The position numbers were made by a program, and so were the translations under genes. Positions 51,104-64,000 of a stretch of DNA of 64,000 nucleotides are shown in pieces. Source of the DNA: Pocillopora damicornis (Eukaryota); the NCBI RefSeq assembly GCF_003704095.1, contig NW_020844683.1, positions 62,001-126,000 on the forward strand, written 5' to 3'. Positions within the stretch are counted from its first letter, which is position 1. The number at the start of each line of letters is the position of its first letter. The notes under the pieces are model-generated. The model was not told the origin of the DNA and searched no databases. It saw only the letters and a list, made by a program, of their open reading frames with translations.

Positions 51104-52207
51104 TTATGTACAAGCTACCAGCGGCTGCAGCATTGTTGAATTTTCTGTCCCAGTCTCCTTCTGGCCATTTTCCATCACAGTCGGAGCATCGCTTGTTTTA
51201 CGAAGAGTCGTAGACGAGCCACGCGTCACTCGCTGACGTCCAAATAAAGTACACTTAAGAGCTCTTCTGTACGAGGGAAGCCTCCATGCATAAATAAAAA
51301 TGTCCAGGGCGACTTTGATGAAAAGCGCTAGATCACTGACTCGTAGACAAATATGGATATTGACTTTTTCAACCAAGTTTTTTGGTTTCTTAAAAAGATA
51401 AATGTAGAGAGCAATATTGTGCAGCGAAGCCGAAACTAACAAGATGGCTGTAAGATAAAATGTCATGATGGTAAACTGGCGTTCGTTGTGTCTTTTCTTG
51501 TAAGAATTTGCTCTTCTGAGAGACTGGTTCACAGAGGCCGCTCTGCGGAGAGTGTATTTTCGTTTGAGATGGCGGTTAAAGGATGTATAGAGTAGTACCT
51601 GAACAACGATTAAGACAATAGAAAACAAAGTAGGGTGCATGACAAGGTCTATTAATAAAAATGTGTTCAGCTCTATTCCCGTAAACTGCAGCATGCAAAA
51701 GCCCGTGATGTAAACACTGCTCACAGCAAGAGAGCAGAGAACTCGCTTTTTGGACACTAAGGCCTTGAATTTGTGTGGGTATGTGACCGCTACATATTGA
51801 CAAACAGACAGGGCGAGAACCACGAAAAATGACACACTGATTGCTATAGTAGAAATGATTCCGCCAATCCTTTGAATTAGCTCATAAACTGCACCAGGCC
51901 TTGCGTTGAAGTTGGAAAAACCAACTACGTAAAAAATTGCAAAAAATGGCTCGACGGTCAATCCCACGAGCAGGTCGGATATGGCGAGACCCACGATGAA
52001 AAATGTCATCGGTGTGCGAAAACACCGCAGAGGATCTTTGTAGATCGCTGTGAGAAGAAGGGCGTTGGATATAACTGTTATAGGCGACAAGATGCACAAT
52101 ATGACGGCAAGAGCGAGTTCTACTTGTCTGTACAGGCGTACTTCTGGGGAAATGAATGAAATATTTCCACTTACGTTTTCAAACACGTTCGTAAGCGAAC
52201 CATTCAT
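51104..52207 (-). CDS. Rhodopsin-like (class A) GPCR, orphan, single coding exon, 367 aa
   Basis: Seven hydrophobic segments; N-terminal N-glycosylation sequons (NGS, NVS, NIS); TM1 SNALLL, TM2 GLAISDLLVGL, TM3 LALSVCQYVAVTYP, TM7 ALDIFIYAWRLPSYRRALK. Confidence 0.9.
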   Translation of the reverse strand: MNGSLTNVFENVSGNISFISPEVRLYRQVELALAVILCILSPITVISNALLLTAIYKDPLRCFRTPMTFFIVGLAISDLLVGLTVEPFFAIFYVVGFSNFNARPGAVYELIQRIGGIISTIAISVSFFVVLALSVCQYVAVTYPHKFKALVSKKRVLCSLAVSSVYITGFCMLQFTGIELNTFLLIDLVMHPTLFSIVLIVVQVLLYTSFNRHLKRKYTLRRAASVNQSLRRANSYKKRHNERQFTIMTFYLTAILLVSASLHNIALYIYLFKKPKNLVEKVNIHICLRVSDLALFIKVALDIFIYAWRLPSYRRALKCTLFGRQRVTRGSSTTLRKTSDAPTVMENGQKETGTENSTMLQPLVACT

Positions 52208-55200
52208 GACTGCTCAGCAGTTCAGTCTAGATTGACCCTGAAGATGATGAAATTAACTAAAAATCCTTGGTCATAGCTTAAGATCCAATCACCGTCGAAA
52301 AACAACCTTGTTCATCTTAGAGGACCAGGACAATCAAAATATATTTTCCGCCAACATGTTTAGTTCACCTGCCAGTGAGTCATTCAATGTCAGCCAATAC
52401 TTATTAAATGGCCTGCAGGGTTTTATATCAACAACAGAGCTGAATAATTGTTTCCACTGTCTGATCCCCGAGGCGCAATGAACTTTAATGGCGCCGGCGA
52501 GGGAAATATATTCCCTCAACAAATAAAACTGACAAATTTCGCTTCACTAAATATCGTCGATCAAAGTGCGATGGCAGGTGCTCTGACGTTGGGAATGAAA
52601 ACAATATGTACGTGTATAGAGGGTGACTTAAGTCTTCTACTGGAAGCTATGACGTAGGTCTTCCGTGAGTTCGGTCAATTTTATTAAATACAGCTCGTCC
52701 TTTCACAGAAGTCTGAAAAAAAAACGGAGAAATATCAAGTTTTTGAATGAAGTTAGAATGAAACAGTAGTTATTTTCGATTCCCTGCTGTTACCCAACGG
52801 TCGCGCGTTTCTCTTTTCGAAGGATGGGGTTGATGATGTTTAACATGACCAGATGACACGTTGGGTATATAAACAATATCACTCCGACTAAACTTGTTTC
52901 ATTCGCATAAAAATTATTTATGCTGCACCTTTACTCGAATTTACTCTATAATTCGTTTAGAAATGATCGTCATAAAGGGCACGATGTTCGCGACACTGAT
53001 TACGCAATGATTTAAGAAGGAAGGGCAATAAATCGTTTCTCTGTTGCTAACTGCACCCGTACGCACGAAAATTTGGGACCCTTTAAAACTGAAATAGAAA
53101 GCGAAGTTGTGTGATACTTACAACTTTCACGTTAGAGGGATTGGAAAATCAAGATGCTTCTCTATCGGCCTGAGATGTCGATGAGGTGATTGAGATGTAG
53201 TTTGAATAGAAATCAGTCCTTTTCCTCCGTGATTAAGCCTTGAATAAAAAAATGTCTGCTGAGGAAGTTCAATGAACAATGCGACATACACGTAAAGTTT
53301 ACTTAGCAGGCGATTACAAATCACTCCCTCCCCCACTCCTCAAGAAAGAAAAAGTCTTGGTTCAGCTGGATGTTTAGGTTTACGACCACTCAAGTCTTGC
53401 AACGAAATAAAATGATAAACACCAATTTTTAAAAGGCTGGTGAACAAAGTTCCATTGGCACTTCACTATTCATGTTTGAAAAGAAAACACAGAGTTTTGA
53501 ATGGTAATGAATTAAATTTTTTCTGTCAACGAAGGCGGTGGCAACGCTCTTTATCAAAATACTGAAGAGTACAACTTATGACAGGTGCCATCAAGATCGC
53601 AAATTTCAAAGGTTCCCTGATATCTTGTTTCTCATTCAGGTGAAAACTTTGTTTTTTCTGAAGGAAAGTAATCTGGCTTCAGCAAATCAGAGCATTGACA
53701 GATTTTGTGATGATGTTCTCACTTAAGTCGAAATTTTGAACAGCCTTACTCCTTTATCTCGAAAATCCTACGAAACAATAAAATTATGCCGATGGAGAAA
53801 CTATAATTTTCTCTGAGCGTTAACAATTAACAATCGATTTGCTATATTAACACCAGCCACACTGTAAATTTTTCAGGTTTCTATTTAGTTGTCGATGAGA
53901 TGGTTTTTTCGAGTCATTCATTTTACTTTCGAAAGGTTCTCTGCTATTTTCGTTTCTGATGTACTTAGGTTAAATTGCCATTCTACGTTTGTAAATAATT
54001 TCTATGCAAAATTACTGTCCACTGTATTACAGAACAAACAAGAATTCGTAAATTGCATGCCTAACTTGATTAAAAACAGTGTTAAAGGCCAGGGGAAATT
54101 TACCTACTTTCATACATGTCAGCGGGTTAAACGTCAGTTTTTTGCAAATAGACGTGTTTAAAATGAAAGCGATGTCGACTTCTTTTAATGTTTGTCGTGT
54201 TCATCGGGCACTGTTTGCGACATGAAACAAGGTATTTGCACTGAGAACAAGGCTGAAAACAACTCCTAACTGATTGAAAAGAAGGAGAAAAAGACGTGAA
54301 AGAAGTCCTAGACATCTATAAATTTGCATTAGCGAGGGATATGCTTTTTTGACGCACGCACTCATACTTACTTTTAGGCTTAAAGATCTCATAAGTTATT
54401 CGAGTCGGAGTCAATCGTTTACTGAAAGCAATATCTAAGTAATTTCACGAGCGGAAACTGTTTGTCATTCGGCACAATATTGTACAGTAGAAGCTTTCAA
54501 GTAGTTTCTGATTTCAGAACTACTACGTGCAATATCAAGTGTGTGCGTAAAATAAAATGAAAATCAGTAAACTATACCGGATTCAACGTATTTGGAATTA
54601 TCATTTTTTTTCGCAAAATTTTAAAGAAAACTCGTGACGTTTATTGAACAATTGTGGCATTTGAGTTACGCAGTATGGAAACCGACGGCTTTCGTGACGT
54701 AGAGCACCCGAGCAAGGGAAAGGCAGTAAGTGTATATTCCATCTCTGTTGTTATTTTCAAACTGTTTTCCCCTTTACTCGATTTTTTTTCGGCCATTTCT
54801 CTGTCCGGTGCTATTCCTTGCATCCCTTGCAGCGGTGCTGTTCACCCCTATGCTCTTCTGTTTTTCTATCTTCTTTTCTTTTAATTCCAACCGGATTTAG
54901 TGTGTTTTGTTACTAAGGAACGGTCGGGGGGAGGGGTTGGGTAAGCGCAAATGGAGATGGGGTCATACCGTTTTGTGAACCTGAAAATGAGGTGCTGTAT
55001 AAAATTCTCCAAACATTTCTGAGATGTAGGGTTTTTTGGTGTTCTCTATTTTCCTTTCTACAGAGAAAGCAGCACTAAAGGGACCAACGACAAGTTGCTC
55101 TTGGAGGGAGGGGGGCGGGGGAATGGCACATTATCTTATGCAGTGACAACAACAGGGCCACTGGAAATTATGTAGAGGGAAATTAAATTTCAGCAACCCA

Positions 55201-58200
55201 ATCGCCCCACCTTGCAGTAAAAAACTGTGCAGTCCCTTACATTCAGCAAGAAACTTAACACCTGACTCCACAACACGGTGTATACTTTGTTTCCTGAAGG
55301 ACTTTCTAGTCCCATACATCAGTTTTAACAAAGACTGCTAGTCACTACATGTTTCAAAAACCAGGAAAAGCTCAGGCTGCAATATGAATTAGTCACCCAT
55401 ATCGACTTCATTTGATTCTGGCTTTCGACTGTTTCCTCTCTCTTCTTTAAGCGAAAATTGGGTTGTTCGTACACATTAATTTCATTACAAATTGAAGGTG
55501 TTTCAGTGTGGAGCAACTAACTAACGAAATTTGGGCCGATTTTGCGTTCATTGTAACGATATAGCTTAAAATGAACATATTAAAAAAATTGATTAATTTC
55601 TGTTTTTTTCTCACAGATAGCACGAATATTGATCAATTATTCGTTAACGTGTGGCTGAACGGGTCTAGAGACTCATCACGATTGTTCGAACCATCGAAGG
55701 TTTTAGCCGGACCGGAATTGAAAATATAATATAAACACTAAAAGAGCCCTCGAATCCTTATACGAAACTTCTGTCTCACTTCGATATAACAACTAAAAAA
55801 GGTGAAAATTGCCTCCAAATCTGGGAAATTTCAAAATGGCCTTAACGCGTGTACCAAAAGAAAACCATTATAAAAGAGCGCAGTGAAGGAGCGTGAACAG
55901 GAGCGAAGCTAGAAGAAAGTGAAAAGCACATGTTAAATTTATCAAATAAAGAGAGACAAAACTAAGTTTGGTCACAGCAGTTTCCTAAAATTTGTACAAG
56001 ACACCGGCGTCGATATCGCTTTTTCACCAAATGGGGCGACGTTAAGCTAAACTCTTACTCTTTTTGATGGGAAAATGTCGCAGCTTTACCTTGGAACACA
56101 TTTTCCGTTAGTAATGCATTTCCTGTGAACCAACGAAAATGACAGCAATGTGGCAGCAATGTGTAAACTGCTTTTTCGCCTACTTTAGGTTCCCACTATG
56201 ACGAGATTTATGTGCCAAAAACTGTCATTTAATTGCATTCAGGAGATAAAATCGCCAAATCATTCGACTTTAGAGGAGTGCTTTAATCGATTTGGTCACA
56301 TCGGCTTGCGTCAGCGTTCAATGTGTGATGCCAAAACTTAATGAAGACTTCATTATCTGCTAAGTCCATATTAAGCCACACCAATTTGTCGACAAATGGC
56401 AAATTTCGAAAAGAAGTTATATTTTGACTACGGTTCATGTATTGAATATTCATTCATCCCACGCATATGTTTATGAAATTGTCAACAGTGAGAAAAAAGA
56501 TTTGTTAACTGCGAGAGAACATCAAGGCAATGTCCTCTTGGTAGATCAGATGTTAATCAAGCGCCTACCGCGACAAGTGAATTACAGTTTAGAATTCTCA
56601 AAAAAGATATTCATTTCTAAACTATTATGTAGAGCGAAAGCACTGTGTCATAAAACACAACGAAAACGTTCACTGCTGTTGGTCAATTTAGATTTTTGCA
56701 TGCTTAAGTGTTTATGGATCTAATTCTGTCTCAGCAATTGCTGTTTGGGGATTTTTTCCCATATATTCAACATGCCATTTGCTCAAAATGTTCGCTTCAA
56801 ATGTTATTCTGCATTAATTCAAATTGTGGGTCGGTCGAGCGAACAATCACTTCTTGCCTGACAAAACAGTTGTGAATTTAGCTTCAATAGCGAACTACCG
56901 AAATATTTATCCAGGTGTACATATTTCATTTTCACGCTCGACAAAGTTTAGAGTCATATTTTGAAAGTAAAAGCTAGCTTAAAAGATCTCCAATGGTGTT
57001 TCTAAACTACATAAAGCTGAAAAACAAACTGTAAACATTACATAAATAGCAACTTAAAGATTCAGTGTTAGAAGATAGTTCTAATCTTAGCTCACCTAGC
57101 TGATGTGAACGTTGTCAATAAGAAACATCAGACGGTAGCCAGATTTCAACAGTAGACTTTTATCCACAATTCTTTTCATTTATGGTTCTTGCAGGTACAG
57201 TCAATGCTTCACTGAGCAGAACATTAAGGCAAAGACAGAACTTCAAAAGGACGCACGATAACACCTCCCAGAATACATTGCAGACCAACGACATGTGCTT
57301 TGAAAACCTTTGATTTGCAATACACTAGCGAGCTTGAAGGAGACCTAAGATTAAAGAAAGACTCAGAAATGGCTCCTGCATACCTAAATGACAGAGAGAC
57401 ATCAGTTATTCGTTGTGAACATTTGATTTATTGACTTGACCGTTGTACCTCCATCACTTTTGATTCATGATATCGAAAACGACCACACGCTCAAATCAAG
57501 GTATTTTTTACTCTCGGTAATAAAACTAATAACACAGCAGATAATTAAGCAAATATGTCACTTTAAAAAGCATCATTTTTTGCCACCATCTTGAATACAG
57601 TTCTTAACATATGCAAGTTACCATAATAATAACACACAAGAACAGTTCTGAGTCTCTTTTAATGCAGAAAATTTCAAAATGACTTAAAAACGCAAACTTA
57701 TGAGGCCATTTATTCTTTTGCGGTTCCAGTATGTTTTTTTTTCAAGATTCAAAAGAGGGCCTGTCTCCATGGTGGCTTTTTTGATCATCATAATATTAAA
57801 TATTCTTGGTAGTATCTTGTAAGATAAGAAATGAATTAGTTTCCTAGAGAGAAATAAATTTGCAAAACCCTTTAAATTTTGAGAAGAGATTTTAATTGTA
57901 CATATCATTTATCAGCGTTCGGAAACGCAGCTGAGGAACATAATGTCTACGGAACTCATTAGTTTTGTACGGAAGCTTATCTCCACACAAAACTAATTGC
58001 TTTGAAGACAATGCCTAAATTTTAATTGAAGACGTTTTAATTAAAAACATGTTTACAACAGCCTACGTGCTCAGTTGTGTAAAATGCAAACTTCAGCTGA
58101 CATTAGATTTAAAGTTATCTCAACACCTACAATTTCCTCTCTAAAAAACGTAGGATGTCCTCCTTCTAATATCTCATACTTTGTGATGAGAGATGATGAA

Positions 58201-59340
58201 TCAGGGACAAAAATCATTACAATTCATTACTATGTAAAACGAGTGATATCCATTGCTGTGGTTATTATCTTAAGATAGAATTGACAAACTGACAAACGCG
58301 TTAAATTTTTTAATCCAGGCGGTGTTTAGAGGGTAAATACACAGTTTTTTGTCCAGTAACTTAAAAAATTCAGAGCGGTTATAATATTGTGTAAAAAAAA
58401 TGAAGCTAAACACACTTATTGATAAAAGGATGTAACTATATGCAGGTACCAGGGCGCATGAGAAACCCTCGTTTTCGAACAAATTGTTACTTCATACGAC
58501 AAGTTACAAGTGGGTGTCGAAAATAATCCGGGATTGCTTCGGTTTTGCTTCAAACTTGCACCATCCTCTCGGCCAACCACATTCATAACTAAAACCAAAC
58601 GCAAATTGGCCACTTACATACTTATTCCGGCGCTTCAGACAGTTCGCTTGCTTTTGCTTTGACTTTTCAAATGTTCCTTACGATGTTTCCTTTCTTCTCA
58701 TTGACTGTCGTGATTACTGTTGTGATTGGATTTACGAGACTCAAACGGAATGAGTTCTGTTAACAAGAAAACAAGTTGGTATGGCCCCAAATTTCTACAA
58801 AACGGTAAGGTAGAACCCCTTCCCCTTCCCTGGTCACTAAGCCACAGTGATTCCTTGGTATACCACCCGCTTGTACTCGTGGTATTTTAACAAGATAATT
58901 TGATTTTATCAACTGAGTAGATAATGTAGAAAATGGCCTCCGGAAAGAGTTTCTAAGGTTCTAGAAACTCCCTAAAGTGCCTAATTTATATTATCGACTC
59001 AGCTGACAAAACCAGATTATCTTGTAATATCCCACACCGACGCAGCAACACGGTTTGTTTGAAAACTTACCCTTTATTCATTGAGTGTTTTAACAAAGTT
59101 TGGATGTTTGTTGTATTTAAAAGTTACTTTGTCTTTTCTTTTGCAACTTTTAAGGAGGAATACAGATTTACATTAAAATACAATTGAATCAAGCTATTAA
59201 GCTGTTTTCAGTTCGAACTGAACACAAGACTTTCTTAAAAAGGCGATTAGTATGAGCCACCTGACCTCATTCGTGAGTAATGATCAAACTGTGCTCAGCA
59301 ACCGACGTCTATAACTGACAGGTAAGTGAATCGTTACTCA

Positions 59341-59756
59341 GGGTAATTTAGTATTATTAACTGAGTTGATAACGTAAATTGGCCACCGTAAAGAGTTTAA
59401 AAGCTGTCGTTTCGAGCGTTAGCCCTTCGTCAGCGAGCGATTGGAGGAATTGTGGGTTATGTGTGGGTTTTTATGCAGAAATGGAGTTACCCTATCGGTG
59501 GCAATGTGGTGATGAGAAAACATGAATAAATTAGTTGACTGAAAAGCGCTCGTTAATACCGTGGGGATTAATTGCTTTTCGTTCAGTGGCAACTATTACA
59601 AGTAAACTAATGGCGTAGCCGTGGTTACTCAAATGGGACCCAGCTAGGCCAATCTTTTCGTAGATTTACGTTATCAACTCATTTGATAAGACTAAATTAC
59701 CCTGTTATACTCTCCCACCGACGTAGTATTAGAGTTTCTTTAGAAACTTACCCCCT
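59341..59756. mobile_element. Fold-back non-autonomous element (Penelope-like terminal-repeat derivative); related copies at ~58890-59082 and ~36836-37070
   Basis: ~40-bp inverted repeat (GGGTAATTTAG..TTAT.AACTGAGTTGATAACGTAAAT vs 59664-59702). Flanking direct repeat TGAATCGTTACT(C/T)AG at 59327 and 59757. Degenerate hammerhead CTGACGAAGGGCTAACGCTCGAAACGAC on the minus strand at ~59401-59437. Confidence 0.65.
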
Positions 59757-60404
59757 TGAATCGTTACTTAGCTTTTCTGCACAACTGATCATCGAAACTC
59801 GCAAAAGCAGTAAAAAATGAACTTTGTTCTTCACACAAAATCGGCGCGAAATATGCATTTTCCAGGTGTCTCACTGCAACATTTAAATCTCCACGAGCCC
59901 CAATGAAGGTAATTCACCGCTTCATTTCCGAAGCCTGTAACACAAAAATCTTTAAATCTAGCTCTTTCCTAGCAAAAGACCCTGACGTACTTAGCTTGAG
60001 GTAACTGTCCACAAAATCTGGTTGAAATTTTTCGTTTTTTAGCTCTTCAGCTAGGGAAAGTAGTTAAGTTTGATTTACAGGAAAAAAATTGTAAGATCTC
60101 TATGAGAAAGAAAGATGGGGCTGCAAGAATATTTTGGGGGAAGCCGTACTGAAGAGCGAAAGGTGTCATAATTGGAAAGGTCTCCATTTTTATAGTTTGA
60201 AGGCACCCTATTTTGTTGATAGTGACCTTAATTAATGTCTCTCTTGGTATGTAAAAGCAAGTCACTCTTTGACATTTAAAAGCTTTACTGTCTAAACTAA
60301 AATGACACTGAAATTGAGACTTGGTTAGCTATTTTTACATTACACAATGAAAATGATAATATACTTCGAGATTATTTTGTTAAGTGCCACAAGTGTTCCC
60401 AAAT

Positions 60405-63400
60405 TTAATAATTCTCTTCGTATTCAGTGGCCATATGTATTTGCGAAGGGGAGGCCGTTCGATTTATCGTTTGTTCACAATTTTCTATCATTTCTTTCAC
60501 GGTGAAATTTGAGGGATCGCAGTCCACTTCCACTACAACTTCTCTTTCAGGACTATCAAGAGTTTCTTCTTCGCTCATACTCCTTCTATCTGCTTGTTGA
60601 AGGGATGTTACTTTGCTGTCAGAGCCTGTTTCACTATTAATCAAATGAGACTGTGTCTGGAACAGGGATGTATTCACCATCCGATCTTTCTTTAAACAGT
60701 AACGCTCCTCCGGAAAGGTGCGCTCTGACAATATGAAGAGTCTTTGATCGATTTCAATAAGACATTTCTCAATATAGGCGCATTCATCTTCAAAAGTCAT
60801 ACTCTCACAATAGAGTTTGCAGTTCTTGCGTTTTTTCCAGCCAAATAGATTAGAAATGCCCTGAAATAAGTAACTAATCATAAATTCGGCCAAGTCGAGC
60901 TCATCTGCCACAGAATCAAGATTATTCTTAACCTCCTCCAAAGCACAGTTCAAAACGACGATGAATAGATTGAGGAAAAAGACAGTCATAGAGCAAATGT
61001 AAAGGCTAAAAAACACAAAGGAAAGAAAAGGGTTTACTCTTGCCATTTGAAAATTGGGCACAGCCTTTCCGAGTAGGAATTCAAACTGAGCCACACAGGC
61101 ACGTGGGAAACTGGAATAGGACTCCACAACAGATCCAAACGCCATCATACCAGACATGGCAAACGAACAGAAAATGATAATGAAAACGAACGAGAAGGAA
61201 AACAAATATTTTCCAGCAAATCGAATTGTTATCGACAGAAATACTGTTTGCTTGCTAAAGCGTAGGAGTCTCAGCAGCTTAACTGTCGCCAGAAAGATGA
61301 CGATGGACAGAGCAGCAGTTTCAAAGTGCAGTAAACGTAAAGGTTTGTGGAAGCTGACCATGGCATAAATGTTCCTCTGAAGTTCCTTTATGGTGTCTTT
61401 GGCGGCCCTCTCTCGAAAGATGTGAAGAACTACAGAAGTTATAGAAGTAATGATGAGGGCAAGAATAAGCCAGTTCCAAAAGCTTTTGAAGTATGACTTT
61501 CTTTGACGGTACATTTTGACCACTTGAATTACACTGAAAGCAATGATCATGACCAGAAGAAGAAGGCGACAAAGTAAGACAACTTGCACCAAACCAGTCT
61601 CTGTTCCATACAAATTCAACATTTGCACACTAACATATTTGAAAACTCCACCTGTTGGTAGGAATTCGAAGAAGTAGTGTGCGACCACGAGGATGTTCAT
61701 GTTACTGTTGAAAATGTTAAATTCCAAGACGACGGCTCGAGTTCGCCGATCGATCCAGCTGTTCTCATTTAAGTTTTCCATAACGTATCTTGCTGTCTGT
61801 AAATCATATCCAAGATCAGCCACATAACCACCTCCTCCATATGTTTCTCGAGGGGTTACTTTTGGTAAATTGTTAGTTTCTTCTGAGGTATGATACCGCC
61901 AAGGCTTTGGACACAATCTATCAAACGAGGACGATGAAAGAACAGTTGGAGGAAGTTTCCATTTTGGGAGGTACATTGGTGTTTTATCTTCACGGCAAAT
62001 GGCATAGTGAGGATAGCAAACTTCAGTAACGTTACAGATTTCCACGAGCCTCTTAGGACATGAGTCTATCGAATAGAATGCACTAACATTACTACAGTAA
62101 GCACAAGTAAATTGAGCGAATATAAGAAAGGTAGTAAAAAGAATTTCTCATCACAGGTAGTTTACTTGTAAGACCAGAAAACAACGTTGTTGCGACGGGT
62201 CGGGAGCAGCAAATTCTACACTGAGCAGATATTGAACGCTGTCAATGCAGGTAAGTTTTTTCGGTGAGCCGTAAAGGCCCAATGTTAGTCCGCAAGGCTG
62301 TGGGTTCGAGGCCTGGTCGGGTTTAGTGTTTTGTTTTCGGGCAACACACTTAAGTCTAACCGCATCTCACCACCCACGAGTGTAAAGGGTTTCCAACGAA
62401 TGGAAACTACCAAGTGACAGCGTAGATCCAAACCCCAAATTTCCAGCATTATTCTTAATTAAAAAGCATTTATATCCTTTTTCTTTGCACTATTTTATCT
62501 TTAAATGAAAGGTCCTTGTGAGAAGAGAAGGATCCGTATTTGAATATTCCTATTGTCATCAAATATTCACCCTGGAAGACTGAAATTTAATCGTGCAATA
62601 GGATGCCGTGCCGAAGTCCAAGCAGAAAAAAAAGCGATAAAACTCGATTATGTGAAAAGTCAATTTCGCAAGAAAACTTTTTCATCGAAGTTGAAAAATC
62701 CAAACACACACAAAAAGGGAAAACTGTAACTCGTTCCTCTCGAAATAACAAATAAGTAGTGGAATACAAAGTAATGATAGTAAAATATAATATTTTACAC
62801 CACGCTTACTTCTTTCGATCCTCAGTTGTCTGATCCGTGGCATGCCAATCAACACAGAGCTCATGTCACTGATGTACATCTCGTTGTTTCCCTTATCGCC
62901 GTTGTACCAATGTGATGGGTACATAGCAGGAGCATAAATGTTCATCAACCACATCCACAAACCTAACGCTTCATGTACCTGAAATTACCCCCAAAAGGCG
63001 TCACTGATAAACATGTAGTTAACTATAAACAGGTACACTACATATATATTACCATAACGATTATAAAAACTTCAATATTCAAATGAAATCCACAAAGTCT
63101 TCAATTGCTTATAATTGTACTTGATCGCTCTTTTCTAGATCTCAGGCCTTTTGTTTCCGACAGATTTCTACTAAAATCTATTATGAATGTTCTAAACATC
63201 AACATCTAAAATAAGTCACGAAATGACAAAAGCGCCGAAATAAAGCCTTGTCTGGAAAGTAAAGTATATTTCGTATTCAGTGTACCTCCGTTTGTAACGT
63301 TTTATTGGCAATGATCATGATATCAGGATAATTAAAATTTGGGCCTCAGAGATTATGTGCTACATCGAGGACTTCGTTGCTTTAAGGTTTTCTTCTATGT

Positions 63401-63769
63401 TTTTTTATCTGTTTTTTAATCGGGGAAAACTTTACACAGCGACAAAGGTATGAACATTTCTAGCATGCATGACATCTTTACCTTTTCACTTCGTGGTAAA
63501 ATAGCCTTAACTTCTCTACCTATCAGATATTGGTGATAATCTTGGTTTCCATAACACACAATCCCAAGTATCAAAAGAAATGAAACGAAGAACGTCAAAG
63601 ATTGGAATGCCGACACAGTTCTCGATTCATTGATTCTGTACTTTTTGTAACCTTCCAACTGCGTAGCATCCGGCAAGGCTCCTTTAAAACTATCAGGTGG
63701 TTCATCATTCCCATTGTCCCTCCGTGCCAGAGATCTGCAATAGGAAGACATGTTTTTAGTTGTTGATGA
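60405..63769 (-). CDS. Polycystin family protein (PKD1-like, PKD1L2/PKDREJ-type), 3' portion; gene continues beyond the window
   Basis: Exons ~63482-63769, 62810-62978, 60405-62065. Motifs WYNG...GMPRIRQLRI, YGGGGYVADLG, WIDRRTRAVVLEFNIFNSNMN, YFKSFWNWL, KLLRLLRFSK, F...FFLNLFIVVL (polycystin + PKD channel domains). The 5' boundary of the first visible exon is uncertain. Confidence 0.9.
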
Positions 63770-64000
63770 CTTTAAAAATTATATTTCTCACATGTCTGGT
63801 GGCCTGAAACCGATTGAGAAGAAAAATATAACAAATCAGAGCAAGAGAAATTTAAGTGATGCCAAATGGGAATTTAATGCAAATACAGGTGACCGGAAAG
63901 TGAACATTGTTTAAATTTTGTTCTTAACTGGGAAAAAAAATCTGAAGCGAGTTACCGCCACAGCGTCACACAGCTTAAAGAAAAATTCCAACCAGATGCA

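Noticed and set aside
54676-57530. Possible plus-strand spliced gene or lncRNA (donor at 54726, acceptors at ~55617 and ~57194, AATAAA at ~57519)
   Set aside because: No consistent ORF or recognisable homology can be assembled; isolated splice-like motifs are expected by chance.
52334-60265. Numerous 60-100-aa ORFs in intergenic DNA
   Set aside because: No motifs, many start at non-ATG codons, and their composition is typical of AT-rich non-coding DNA or repeats.

Overview
Intron-rich, AT-rich animal genomic DNA. The gene and repeat families suggest a scleractinian coral (inference). There are two 100-N gaps (29293-29392, 46468-46567). In order, the window holds: (1) a decayed HEPN-Roc/COR (Roco-like) immune pseudogene (-). 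(2) An intact single-exon cGAS-like receptor/Mab-21 nucleotidyltransferase (-), whose ATG is only 159 bp head-to-head with (3) an RBM4/Lark-like RRM + CCHC gene (+). (4) A complete 13-exon PSMC1/Rpt2 (+, 440 aa) with a perfect CNC-sMaf/ARE site just upstream. (5) A 28-coding-exon, ~1302-aa type I membrane protein (-) built from 8 thyroglobulin-1, 4 WAP, 1 antistasin-like and 6 copies of an 8-Cys module I cannot name, followed by a SEA-like domain with a GSILV autoproteolysis-type motif. (6) A non-canonical single-exon rhodopsin-class GPCR (-). (7) The 3' part of a polycystin (PKD1L-like) gene (-). Introns and intergenic DNA carry MITEs (piggyBac-, pogo-, Harbinger-, Mutator-like), tRNA-derived SINEs and Penelope-like remnants with minimal hammerhead ribozyme motifs. 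All gene models were assembled by hand from GT-AG sites and frame continuity and have no transcript support.
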